Assembly (NCBI GenBank): GCA_040005235.1
Contig: JBDTZG010000007.1
Span: forward strand, 64,001-128,000
Origin: Acidobacteriota bacterium
Lineage (GTDB): Bacteria; Acidobacteriota; Thermoanaerobaculia; Multivoradales; UBA5704
Direction of reading: 5' to 3'
Length of the DNA: 64,000 nt
Made by a program: the position numbers and the translations under genes. Under the pieces are notes generated by a model that worked only from the letters and a program-made list of their open reading frames with translations, made no database searches and was not told where the DNA came from. Each line of letters opens with the position of its first letter. Positions within the stretch are counted from its first letter, which is position 1. Positions 55,249 through 64,000 of this stretch are shown here, in pieces.

Positions 55249-55403
55249 AAGCGGAACCGAGGGGGCGAGGGCTGACCCTTCCCGCTCGGCGTCCCCCGTG
55301 CCAGAATAGCCGGGAGCCGTTTCTGCCGGGGGCGGGCCTCCGCCCTCGATCCGTCTTCTTCTAAAGCCGTTTCCTCACGAAACCGATCCGGGAGGTCATC
55401 CAT

Positions 55404-56204
55404 ATGTCCGATACCGCAGAGCGCAAGCTGGTCCACTACGAAGTCCGCGACGGCGTCGCCTACATCAAGCTCGACGATCCGCCGGCCAATACCTACACCC
55501 ACGAGATGATGTTGCAGCTCGACGCGAGCATCGTCACCGCCCGGTTCGATACCTCCGTCCACGTCATCGTGCTCGCGGGCCAGGGGGAGAAGTTCTTCTG
55601 CGCGGGCGCCAACATCAACATGCTGAAGGCGGCCGATCCGACCTTCAAGTACTACTTCTGCCTGCACGCCAACGAGACGCTCTCCCGGCTGGAGCAGACG
55701 CCGAAGCTGGTCATCGCGGCGCTCGAAGGGCACACCGTTGGCGGCGGGCTGGAAATCGCGATGGCCGCGGACCTGCGAATTGCGAAGAAAGGCTCCGGCA
55801 AGACTGGACTGCCGGAAGTCACCCTCGGCGTCCTTCCCGGCACCGGCGGCACCCAGCGTCTGGTGCGCATGGTCGGCAAGGCGCGGGCGATCGAGCTGAT
55901 GGCGACCGGCCGGCTGATCTCGTTCGAAGAGGCGAAGGAATACGGGATCGTCACCGAGATCTTCGACGGCGACGACTTCATGGGCCAGATTCACACCTAC
56001 GCGACGCAGTTCTGCCCGCCGGGCAAGTCGGCGCGGGCGATCGGCCGGATCAAGCGCTCCGTCCAGTCGGGCGCCGAGATGTCGTTCGAAAGCGGCATGA
56101 CGCTGGAGCGCGAGCTACAGCAGCAGCTGTTCCAGGGCGACGACGCGAAGGAAGGGCTCGCGGCCTACATCGAGAAGCGCGCGCCTCAGTTCAAGGGAGC
56201 TTAG
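55404..56204 (+). CDS. Enoyl-CoA hydratase/isomerase-family protein
   Basis: FCAGAN, GGGLEIAMAAD, GLPEV.LG..PG.GGTQRL. Confidence 0.93.
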   Translation: MSDTAERKLVHYEVRDGVAYIKLDDPPANTYTHEMMLQLDASIVTARFDTSVHVIVLAGQGEKFFCAGANINMLKAADPTFKYYFCLHANETLSRLEQTPKLVIAALEGHTVGGGLEIAMAADLRIAKKGSGKTGLPEVTLGVLPGTGGTQRLVRMVGKARAIELMATGRLISFEEAKEYGIVTEIFDGDDFMGQIHTYATQFCPPGKSARAIGRIKRSVQSGAEMSFESGMTLERELQQQLFQGDDAKEGLAAYIEKRAPQFKGA

Positions 56205-56206
56205 AG

Positions 56207-57685
56207 ATGGCTGATGTGAGCGCAACGCTCGCCGCCGCACCGAAGCTGCCGCCCGCCCAGCTGTTCGTAGGCGGCGCCTGGGTCGAGCCGGAAGGGGGCA
56301 AGACCTTCGCGACCACGAACCCGGCGACCGAGGAGACGATCTGCGCGATCGGCTCGGCGAGCGCCGGAGACGTCGATCGGGCGGTCGCGGCGGCGAAAGC
56401 CGCCCTGCCGGTCTGGTCGAAGAAAACCACCGCACGCCAGCGCGGCCTGCTGCTCTGGAAGATCGCCGACGAGCTGGAGCGCCGGATCGACGAGTTCGCC
56501 CTGCTCGAAACGCTCGACAACGGCAAGCCGATCTTCGAATCGCGCTACGTCGATCTGCCGACCGCGATCGAGGCACTCCGCTACTTCGCGGGCTGGGCCG
56601 ACAAGGTGTCGGGCGACACGATCCAGGTGCAGGGGCCGTTCTCTTTTGCCTACACCCTGCGCGAGCCGGTGGGAGTGATTGCCGCGATCACGCCGTGGAA
56701 CTTTCCGATCATCCAGGCGATGTGGAAGATCGCGCCCGCGCTGGCGTTCGGTAACACGATGGTGTTGAAGCCGGCCTCCAATACGCCGCTCACTGCCCTC
56801 AAATTCGCCGAGCTGGCGGCCGAAATGGGGCTGCCGGCGGGAGTGCTGAACGTCGTTCCGGGCGGGGGGGCGACGGTCGGCAACGCCATCGTTTCCCATC
56901 CGGACGTGGCGAAGATCACCTTCACGGGTTCGACCGAAGTCGGCCGCGATCTGATGAGAAATGCCTCGGCGATGACCAAGCGGCTAACGCTGGAGCTGGG
57001 CGGCAAGTCGCCGAACATCGTCTTTGCCGACGCCGATCTGGACGCCGCGATCAAAGGCGCCTACACGGGAATTTTCTACGGCAAGGGCGAGGTCTGCGCG
57101 GCGGGATCGCGCCTGTTCGTCGAGCGCTCGGTCCACGCCGAGCTGGTCGAACGGCTGGTCGAGCGGACCCAGAAGCTCAAGCCCGCCGATCCGCTCGACC
57201 CAAAGACCCGCCTCGGCTCGCTGGTCTCGATGGCCCAGCGCGAAAGCGTCCTCGGCTACGTGAAGATAGGCGTCGAAGAAGGCGCCCGCCTTGCGACCGG
57301 CGGCGAAGCGGCAAGCGTCAACGGCAAAGGCGCCTTCATGCAGCCGACCATCCTCGACAACGTCGCCAACTCCATGCGCGTCGCCCAAGAAGAGATCTTC
57401 GGCCCGGTCCTGGTGGTGATCCCGTTCGAAGACGAAAAAGAAGCGATCGCCCTCGCCAACGACTCGATCTACGGCCTCGCCGCGGGCGTTTGGACGCGGG
57501 ACATCGGCCGAGCCCACCGGGTCGCCCACGAAATCCAGTCGGGCACGGTCTGGATCAACCAGTACAACTGGTACGACCCCGCCGCCCCCTTCGGAGGCTT
57601 CAAGCAAAGCGGCTTCGGCCGCGAGCTGGGCAAGGACGCGATCGGCTATTACACCGAGAGTAAGACGGTGTTCGTCGGCAAGTAG
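56207..57685 (+). CDS. NAD(P)-dependent aldehyde dehydrogenase
   Basis: PWNFP, FTGSTEVG, LELGGK, catalytic Cys in GEVCAAG, EEIFGP, PFGG.K.SG.GRE. Confidence 0.95.
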   Translation: MADVSATLAAAPKLPPAQLFVGGAWVEPEGGKTFATTNPATEETICAIGSASAGDVDRAVAAAKAALPVWSKKTTARQRGLLLWKIADELERRIDEFALLETLDNGKPIFESRYVDLPTAIEALRYFAGWADKVSGDTIQVQGPFSFAYTLREPVGVIAAITPWNFPIIQAMWKIAPALAFGNTMVLKPASNTPLTALKFAELAAEMGLPAGVLNVVPGGGATVGNAIVSHPDVAKITFTGSTEVGRDLMRNASAMTKRLTLELGGKSPNIVFADADLDAAIKGAYTGIFYGKGEVCAAGSRLFVERSVHAELVERLVERTQKLKPADPLDPKTRLGSLVSMAQRESVLGYVKIGVEEGARLATGGEAASVNGKGAFMQPTILDNVANSMRVAQEEIFGPVLVVIPFEDEKEAIALANDSIYGLAAGVWTRDIGRAHRVAHEIQSGTVWINQYNWYDPAAPFGGFKQSGFGRELGKDAIGYYTESKTVFVGK

Positions 57686-57712
57686 CGGAAGGTGCGAAAG
57701 CTGTTCCTGGGA

Positions 57713-57740
57713 CCGCCGGCGTCCTCGCCGGCGTTTTTGT
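57713..57740 (+). terminator. Intrinsic terminator after ALDH
   Basis: CGCCGGCG-TCCT-CGCCGGCG followed by TTTTTGTT. Confidence 0.7.
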
Positions 57741-57754
57741 TCGAACTGATCGGA

Positions 57755-58096
57755 TCAGGCGGCCTTCAAGAAAAAGTCGACGTGGACGGCGTCGTACGGA
57801 AAGACAAACCGGCCGCCGTGGGCTCGATCCAGGATCCCCGCCACCGCCAGGGCTGAGAGATCCTCTCCGACCGCGTTGGCGTCTCGTCCGGATCGCTCAG
57901 CAGCCTCGCCTGAAGTGACCGGGCCAGCTCCGGTGAGCGCCGAGAGCAACTCCCAGCGCGTCGGGGTCAGCACCTTAAATAGGAGCGCCGGTGTCTCAAA
58001 GCTGAGAAAATCTCCCTGCGGCTGGCCCTCAAATGCGGCCAGTACGCGGCGATCGGTTTTCTCGCGAGAAGCGACTTCAAGCGTCACGGTTCGCAT
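57755..58096 (-). CDS. HVO_A0114-like winged-helix putative antitoxin
   Basis: SFE....L.KVLTP.RWELL..L...GP....E.A...GRD...V..D...L...G.L, FPYD..HVDF. Confidence 0.75.
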   Translation of the reverse strand: MRTVTLEVASREKTDRRVLAAFEGQPQGDFLSFETPALLFKVLTPTRWELLSALTGAGPVTSGEAAERSGRDANAVGEDLSALAVAGILDRAHGGRFVFPYDAVHVDFFLKAA

Positions 58097-58117
58097 GTTT
58101 GATTCTCCATCGTTTTT

Positions 58118-59035
58118 TCACCCAAACCCCGCCAGCAGATAAAACCACCCCCAAAGCGTCAGGAACGAAATCGGGATCCCCACCCCGACCAGCAGCGCGG
58201 CCAACTCGCCGTCGAGTCCGTATTCCTGGGCGACGATCGAGCCGGTGATCATGGGGGCCATCGCGGCTTCAAAGACGGTGACTTGAAACACCGGGCCGCG
58301 CGCGCCGAGGAGTAGGCCGAAGACGGCCAGGGCGAGGAGCGGTGCTGCGAGCAGCTTGTAGCCGAGTCCGATGCCCAGCTCGCGGCGTCGAGTTGTGAGG
58401 CCCTCGAATTGGAGCTGAATCCCTACCGAGAGCAGCGCGAGCGGAGTAAGCGTATCGCCCAGGCGGGCGAGCAGCGCGTTCGCCCAGGCGGGATATTCGA
58501 ACGGCCTTAGGGCGACCGTGGCGAGCAGGGTGAGAAAAGGTGGGAAGAGCAGCACCCTGCGGGAGATTTCGGCGACTGAGGTTTTTTCGCCCTCTCTCGC
58601 GGCGAGCCGCGTCGCCAAGAGGATGCCGGGGATGTTGAGGCAGAGAAACGTACCGAGCTGGTCCGCCATCACGCCCACGCCGAGAAGGCTCTTGCCGTAA
58701 TAGGCCTCGATCATCGGCAGGCCGACGAACGACGTGTTGCCGAGCGCCGCGGTGAGGCAGAGGGCTCCCGTGGCCTCTCGGCTCAAGACCCCGAATCGCC
58801 ACAGCAGTAGGAACAGTCCCGCCCCGATCGAGAAAACCAGCCAGGGCATCAGCGCCGGAATCAGCAGGCTGCGCTCGAACTTGAGCGCATGGACGTGCTC
58901 CAGGACCAACGCGGGGAGGGCGACGTAGAGAACCGCCAGGTTGAGCGGTTTGGACCCCTCGGCTCCTACCTTGCCGCTGGCCCGAAGGACAATCCCGGCG
59001 AGCAGACAGACGGTAAGGAGGACAAGGTTGCTCAC
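58118..59035 (-). CDS. AEC (auxin efflux carrier) family transporter
   Basis: VALPAL, GNTSFVGLP, FPPF, PLALLSVG, EAAMAP; about 10 TM. Confidence 0.9.
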   Translation of the reverse strand: MSNLVLLTVCLLAGIVLRASGKVGAEGSKPLNLAVLYVALPALVLEHVHALKFERSLLIPALMPWLVFSIGAGLFLLLWRFGVLSREATGALCLTAALGNTSFVGLPMIEAYYGKSLLGVGVMADQLGTFLCLNIPGILLATRLAAREGEKTSVAEISRRVLLFPPFLTLLATVALRPFEYPAWANALLARLGDTLTPLALLSVGIQLQFEGLTTRRRELGIGLGYKLLAAPLLALAVFGLLLGARGPVFQVTVFEAAMAPMITGSIVAQEYGLDGELAALLVGVGIPISFLTLWGWFYLLAGFG

Positions 59036-59050
59036 CGGGCGGAAACGCTA

Positions 59051-60202
59051 TCACCGCCCGGCGGCGGCGCCCGGCGACCCTTCCGCCGCGAGCCCATACG
59101 ACTCCTCGTGCCGCCGTCGCCAGAAGGGCGCTTCGGGCCACCGGGCCTCCTGCGCGTAATGCAACCTCTGCTGATCGAGATAGGTGCCGTAGGCGCGCTC
59201 CAACAGATCCAGATACGCGAGGCGCGCTTCGTCCCGGCCGGCGAGGAGGTCGGCGATCGCGTGGCCGCCGTAGAAGCCTGAGCCCATGGCGCTCGCCACT
59301 CCATGCGAGGAGAGCGGGTCGTACGCTTTCGCGGCGTCCCCCAGGGCGATCCAGCCTTCGCCCACGATCGTGTCGAGCCGTGAGCTTTCGGCCGGCTGGA
59401 CCTTGAGGGGCGCCGTCACCCGGTAACCGGCCCCTTCGACTCGCTCCCGGGTCGCCTCGGTTCGGCGCAGAAGCTGCCACCAGGCGCCCGGATCGGCGGT
59501 CGCGCGCCGGAGGGGGCGGTCGAGAAGGTCTCCGTCGCTCAAGTACGCCACGGCCAAGCGGCCGTCGGCCAGCAGGGCCGAGTACCACCAGCCGTCGGGG
59601 GTGGCCTCGACCAGGGTGTAGGTGTCTGCTGCGGGCGTCGGGCTCGCGAGGAGTCCGGTGATGCCGGTCAGCCGGTCGTAGCGCACCCGTCGGGCGCCGA
59701 GCCGGCGGGCGAGCCGGGCGTGGCGGCCGGTCGCGTCGGCCACGAAGTCGACGTCCAGAGCTTCGCGCCGACCCGCTTGGAGGACCGTGAGGCGCCATCC
59801 CCGTTCGGTGCGGAGGCAACCGGCCAGCCGGGTGCCCCAGCGCCATTCGGCGCCTGCCTCTTGGGCGCTCTCGGCGAGGCGTGCCTCGAAACGGCGCCGA
59901 TCGACGTGCCAGCCGTTGCCGAACGGATTCGCCAGGAACGGGCTTTCGGCCGGCCGGGCGGAGCCCCAGTGCGACCGGTTGCCCTGGGAGCGGAGATGAC
60001 CGTCCGCTTGGAGCCAGGCTTCGAGCCCGAGATGCTTGAGGAGAGGGTTGAGACCCGGCGGCAACGTCTCGCCCACTTTGAGTTGCGGCGCGGGATGCGC
60101 CTCCAAAACGATCGGCTGAACGCCGCGCCGGGCAAGCACCCGGGCGGCCACCGCGCCGGCGGGACCGCCGCCTACGATGGCCACCCGAGGTGCGTCGTGC
60201 AT
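59051..60202 (-). CDS. LodB/GoxB-like FAD-dependent flavoprotein (CTQ maturase)
   Basis: GGGPAG, VGETL, DR..FE, DATGR, GWWY, GDAA..YDPLSS.G; ATG overlaps the stop of the LodA-like gene. Confidence 0.85.
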   Translation of the reverse strand: MHDAPRVAIVGGGPAGAVAARVLARRGVQPIVLEAHPAPQLKVGETLPPGLNPLLKHLGLEAWLQADGHLRSQGNRSHWGSARPAESPFLANPFGNGWHVDRRRFEARLAESAQEAGAEWRWGTRLAGCLRTERGWRLTVLQAGRREALDVDFVADATGRHARLARRLGARRVRYDRLTGITGLLASPTPAADTYTLVEATPDGWWYSALLADGRLAVAYLSDGDLLDRPLRRATADPGAWWQLLRRTEATRERVEGAGYRVTAPLKVQPAESSRLDTIVGEGWIALGDAAKAYDPLSSHGVASAMGSGFYGGHAIADLLAGRDEARLAYLDLLERAYGTYLDQQRLHYAQEARWPEAPFWRRRHEESYGLAAEGSPGAAAGR

Positions 60203-62229
60203 CAGCGCGAATCTCGCCGGAGATTGCGCCGCCTTGGGTGCATCTCCTCCACCGGCTCTGCCACTTCTTCCGCTTCTTCGGCAACCGCTTCCGCGAATCC
60301 CGGCGCCGCCGCCTTCAGCAGGACCGGCTCGATCCCCTCGACCTTCAGCAGCTGGCGCCAGGACGGATCGGCTGTGGTGAACGAGGGGTCGCGCTGGGTT
60401 TCCACCCAGGAGCGCGCCGGCAGCCCCGGCTCGGGCTCCACCCCTTCGGGCGCCGTCCGCTCGGTGACGATCCCGAGCAGGCTCCACTCTTGGACCATGT
60501 TGTTGATCCTCTGTTGGTAACTGGAGCCCTGGATGTCGCGCAGCCAGAACTGGCGATAGCCGGCGTTTTTGAGCCGCTGGGCGTAGGGGAGACGAGGATC
60601 GTTCGCCTGCTCGAACGCCTGCTCGCTAAGCACCTGGTTGGGCACCCGGGCGGCCCAGAACGACGGGACGGGCAGATAGCTCGATGCGTCGTAGCCCGCG
60701 AGGCAGCTCGCCTCGTCGGTCTGCCAGGGGATGCCGAGCCAGCGGGAGAGCGAGCCGGGGCCGCTCGCCGCGAGCGGTCCGTTCTCCCCCAGGCAGACCT
60801 CCGGGGTGAGCACGGGGCCGAAGTCATCCGAAGGAGCGACGTCAGGCGGCAGGATGTGGAGCCGAAACGGCAGGCCGTGCGCCTCGGCCGGCGGGCGCCA
60901 CATCCGCGGCACCCGCATCGGCCAAGTCATCTCGATGCCCGGATGGAAGGGGCCGCCGAGGCACCCTTCGAGCGGCGTCCGGTCGAGCGCGCCCGGCTGG
61001 GCTTCGAGCGGGAGCGATTCGAGGTCCGGCGGCGGCTGCACCGGTTCACCGGTTTCGAAGTCGCCCTCGGCCCAGCGCTTGAGCCAGCCGTAGAGCGTCT
61101 CGGTGAGCGCCAGCTCGTCGATCGCGATGCCTTCGTAGTCGCCGAAACCGTCGCCGTAGAAGGGCGGGAGATGAGAAGGCTGCGGCGGCGGCAATTGCAC
61201 CCGGCGGCCGGGCCGGTCCCAAGGCTGCACCGGCCGGCGAAACAGGCGGAAGACCGCCTCGCGGTCAGGTCTCGCGGCCGGGCTCGGGTCCGCGAGTTTC
61301 GCGCGCGTCTGCGGGTCGGTGTAATCGCCGGGCGAGCCCGCGCCGAACAGGAGGTACATCCCCTGGTTAACCCAGCTGCTGTGCACCATCCGTTCGAGCA
61401 GCGGGTAGATGTGCTCCCAAAAGGTCAGGCGCTCGACCGCGGGTAACCACCCGTGGCGCACGAAGAGATCGTAGACCACGTCGTACATCGTGACCACGCT
61501 GTACAGGCCGGGGCCGAAGTTCGGCGGAGTCACCACCACCATCGCCGGCTCGGCGTGGAGCGGTTCGCTGCTGCCGTGGAGCTTCACTTGGGCGCGCACG
61601 GGTCCGTCGGAGATGTCGTCGTACCACCCCTCGTTGTTGGCGAACGTGATCGCCGGCTGGTTCGTGGAGGAGGCGGATTTGCCTTCGCCGCCGAGAACGA
61701 TCAGGCGCCCCTTTTCGTCCGTGCGCAGCTCGCCGAGGGGCACCTGGATCGGCGAGCCGTCGCCGAACCGGATGAAGCCGCCGTCGAAGCGATAGCGCGG
61801 CCCGCTCGTGCCGCGCCCGCTGATCCGGAGGGCGCCCGGATCGATCACCAAAGCGGGGCGCGAGCCGCTGGTGACGGAGCCGTTCCGGAAGGTGGTGGAC
61901 ATCGCGTACTGCTTGAGATCCATCGCGTTGAAGAACTGATACCAGGCCGCCTTGCGGTTCGCGAGGTGGACCCCCCAGGTGATCTCCGCGTCGTCGGCGG
62001 TGATCTCCCGCACCACCCGTCCGTCCTCGTCGTAGCCGTAGATGCGGAAGCGGGCCGCTTCCTTGCGCACCTCGCCTTCGTCGTTCTTGAACCCGCCGGG
62101 GCCGGGATCGGCCGTCCGGCCGGGCACCTCCGGCGCAAGGTAGTAGTCGTGGGCCGGGGCGTTGCCGACCCTGGCCACGCCGACAGAAGGATGGATCGCA
62201 CAGCGGACGATGGGCTTTGAATCGGACAT
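60202..62229 (-). CDS. LodA/GoxA-family CTQ-dependent amino acid oxidase
   Basis: IHPSVGVARVGN, LANRKA.WY, LGELRTD..GRL, NNEGWYDD.SDG, CLGGPFHPGIEMTW, PWQTD..SC, FWAARVP. Confidence 0.92.
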   Translation of the reverse strand: MSDSKPIVRCAIHPSVGVARVGNAPAHDYYLAPEVPGRTADPGPGGFKNDEGEVRKEAARFRIYGYDEDGRVVREITADDAEITWGVHLANRKAAWYQFFNAMDLKQYAMSTTFRNGSVTSGSRPALVIDPGALRISGRGTSGPRYRFDGGFIRFGDGSPIQVPLGELRTDEKGRLIVLGGEGKSASSTNQPAITFANNEGWYDDISDGPVRAQVKLHGSSEPLHAEPAMVVVTPPNFGPGLYSVVTMYDVVYDLFVRHGWLPAVERLTFWEHIYPLLERMVHSSWVNQGMYLLFGAGSPGDYTDPQTRAKLADPSPAARPDREAVFRLFRRPVQPWDRPGRRVQLPPPQPSHLPPFYGDGFGDYEGIAIDELALTETLYGWLKRWAEGDFETGEPVQPPPDLESLPLEAQPGALDRTPLEGCLGGPFHPGIEMTWPMRVPRMWRPPAEAHGLPFRLHILPPDVAPSDDFGPVLTPEVCLGENGPLAASGPGSLSRWLGIPWQTDEASCLAGYDASSYLPVPSFWAARVPNQVLSEQAFEQANDPRLPYAQRLKNAGYRQFWLRDIQGSSYQQRINNMVQEWSLLGIVTERTAPEGVEPEPGLPARSWVETQRDPSFTTADPSWRQLLKVEGIEPVLLKAAAPGFAEAVAEEAEEVAEPVEEMHPRRRNLRRDSR

Positions 62230-62272
62230 TCGCGGCTCTCCTCTTTCAAGCGACAAGTGCGGAAGCGAAAGC

Positions 62273-64000
62273 TTAGCTCAACAACCTTTCCAAATCCTCC
62301 GCCGTCAGCTGTTTCAACAGGCGGGTGTCTTGGCTCACGATCGCGTCGGCCAGCGCCCGTTTTTCCTTTTGCAGCTCGATGATCTTTTCTTCCACCGTGT
62401 CGCGGGCGATCAGGCGGTAGGCGAAGACGGCTCGGGTCTGGCCGATGCGGTGGGCGCGGTCGATCGCTTGGGTTTCGACCGCGGGGTTCCACCAGGGATC
62501 GAGCAGGAAGACATAGCTCGCCGCGGTGAGATTCAAGCCGACGCCGCCGGCCTTGAGGCTGATCAGGAACAGGCTGCAGGTAGGGTCGTTTTGGAATCGA
62601 TCCACTTTCGCCCTGCGGTCGACCGTCTTGCCGTCCAGATATTCGTAGACGACTCCGGAACGATCCAGTCGGTCGCGCACGATCGCCAGAAACTTGGTGA
62701 ACTGGGAAAAGACGATCGCCTTGTGCCCGCCGGCTTCGATCTCCGCGATCTGTTCGAGCAGCGCGTCGAGCTTGGCACTCGGTTCCTTGAGCATGCCCGG
62801 ATCGATCAGCGCGGCATGGCAGGCGGCCTGGCGCAGGCGGAGGAGCGCTTCGAGCACGATGATCTTGGCGCCGTTCAAGGAGGGCGCCGCCTTGCCGAGC
62901 AGGACCTGGCGGTAGTGGTCGCGCAGCTGGTCGTAGCGCTTCCTCTCTTTGGCCGACAGCTCGCAGAACAGCGTTTGCTCGGTTTTCGGCGGTAGCTCGG
63001 TCAGCACCTGATCTTTCGTCCGCCGGAGCAGGAGCGGCGACAGCGCGCGGGCGACCGTGGCGAGGGCCGCCGGTGGGAGCCAAGAGCGTCCGGCATGATC
63101 GGAGAGAACCGGGAGCGCGCCGAGCAGGCCGGGGTTCAAAAACTCGAACAGCGACCAGAGCTCTCCCAGGTGGTTTTCGATCGGCGTGCCGGTGAGGGCG
63201 AGGCGCAGGCGCGAGCGAATCAGGCGGCAGGCTTTCGCGGTCTGCGAGGCAGAGTTCTTGATCGCCTGCGCCTCATCGAGCACCACGAGATCGAACTCCA
63301 TCTCGCGCAGGCGAGGCAAGTCGAGGCGGAGGGTGGCGTAGGTGGTGACCAGGACGTCGTAGCTCCCGAGATTCCCCGCGAGTACGTGGCGGTCGGCGCC
63401 GTGGAAGATGCCGAGCCGTAAGCCGGGAGTGAAGCGCGCGGCCTCGTCCGCCCAGTGGGGCACCACGCTCTTCGGCACCACCAGAAGCGACGGCCGTCCC
63501 GCGGGAAGCCCTTGGGCCTTCCTCGCCGCGAGGTGGGCGAGCAGCTGAATCGTCTTGCCCAGGCCCATGTCGTCGGCGAGGCAGCCGCCGAGGCCAAGGT
63601 CGGCGAGCAGCGCAAGCCAGGCGAGTCCGATCTGCTGATAGGGACGGAGAGAGCCGAAGAAACCTTCCGGCGCTTCCGCCGGAACCAACCGATCGAACGA
63701 GCGGAGGCGCTCGCGCGCCCGGGCGAAGATGGCGTCCACCTCGACCGCCGGCTCCGCGGCGAGCAGGGCGTCGAGCACCAAGGCTTGGTGCGCGCCGAAG
63801 CGCAGCGCTTCGCCCTCTCCCGAGCCGGCCGCGAGACGCGCCATCGAGCCGTACCGGGCGAGCCATTCAGGCGGCAGCAGCCCGACCGAGCCGTCGGGCA
63901 GATCGATGTCGATCCGCCCTTCGCGCACCGTGCGCAAGAGTTCCGGCAGCCGGGCGGAGACGCCGCCGAAATCGAGTGCGCCGTCCAGATCGAACCAGTC
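62273..64000 (-). CDS. SNF2-family helicase-like ATPase (5' part outside window)
   Basis: DWFDL, LRPYQ, LADDMGLGKT, LDEAQ.IKN, LTGTPIEN, SLKAGG.GLNL, QA.DRAHRIGQ. Confidence 0.93.
   Translation of the reverse strand, partial: DWFDLDGALDFGGVSARLPELLRTVREGRIDIDLPDGSVGLLPPEWLARYGSMARLAAGSGEGEALRFGAHQALVLDALLAAEPAVEVDAIFARARERLRSFDRLVPAEAPEGFFGSLRPYQQIGLAWLALLADLGLGGCLADDMGLGKTIQLLAHLAARKAQGLPAGRPSLLVVPKSVVPHWADEAARFTPGLRLGIFHGADRHVLAGNLGSYDVLVTTYATLRLDLPRLREMEFDLVVLDEAQAIKNSASQTAKACRLIRSRLRLALTGTPIENHLGELWSLFEFLNPGLLGALPVLSDHAGRSWLPPAALATVARALSPLLLRRTKDQVLTELPPKTEQTLFCELSAKERKRYDQLRDHYRQVLLGKAAPSLNGAKIIVLEALLRLRQAACHAALIDPGMLKEPSAKLDALLEQIAEIEAGGHKAIVFSQFTKFLAIVRDRLDRSGVVYEYLDGKTVDRRAKVDRFQNDPTCSLFLISLKAGGVGLNLTAASYVFLLDPWWNPAVETQAIDRAHRIGQTRAVFAYRLIARDTVEEKIIELQKEKRALADAIVSQDTRLLKQLTAEDLERLLS

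Noticed and set aside
58269-60284. 671-aa Arg/Pro-rich ORF
   Set aside because: Alternative frame over the LodB-like and AEC genes; low-complexity composition

Overview
High-GC bacterial chromosomal window. The likely source is Acidobacteriota (class Thermoanaerobaculia), inferred from the acidobacterial-type VWA protein, IPTL-CTERM/GEVED and ELWxxDGT proteins, an RETL-leader RiPP precursor and an Rpn-family gene. About 55 genes are recognisable. Housekeeping genes include lysA, trmL, queD, pyrD, a zapA-6S RNA-rny-ymdB block, a split 5-oxoprolinase, an S46 peptidase, FadL and an ECH-ALDH pair. Accessory or conflict modules include VapBC, MazEF, an orphan HVO_A0114-type antitoxin, an Rpn gene flanked by twin hairpins and carrying an internal start, a Sec-signal Rhs toxin locus with a lower-GC toxin/immunity tail, a LodA/LodB pair and an orphan Cys/Thr-rich RiPP precursor. 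The least explained signals are two non-coding tracts with degenerate 21-bp periodicity. The first (16328-16601) also forms a long inverted repeat, and the second (about 41400-41565) lies next to a small helical-hairpin gene and the Rhs locus. No rRNA, tRNA, CRISPR array or integrase was seen. All calls come from motif reading by eye; no database searches were run.
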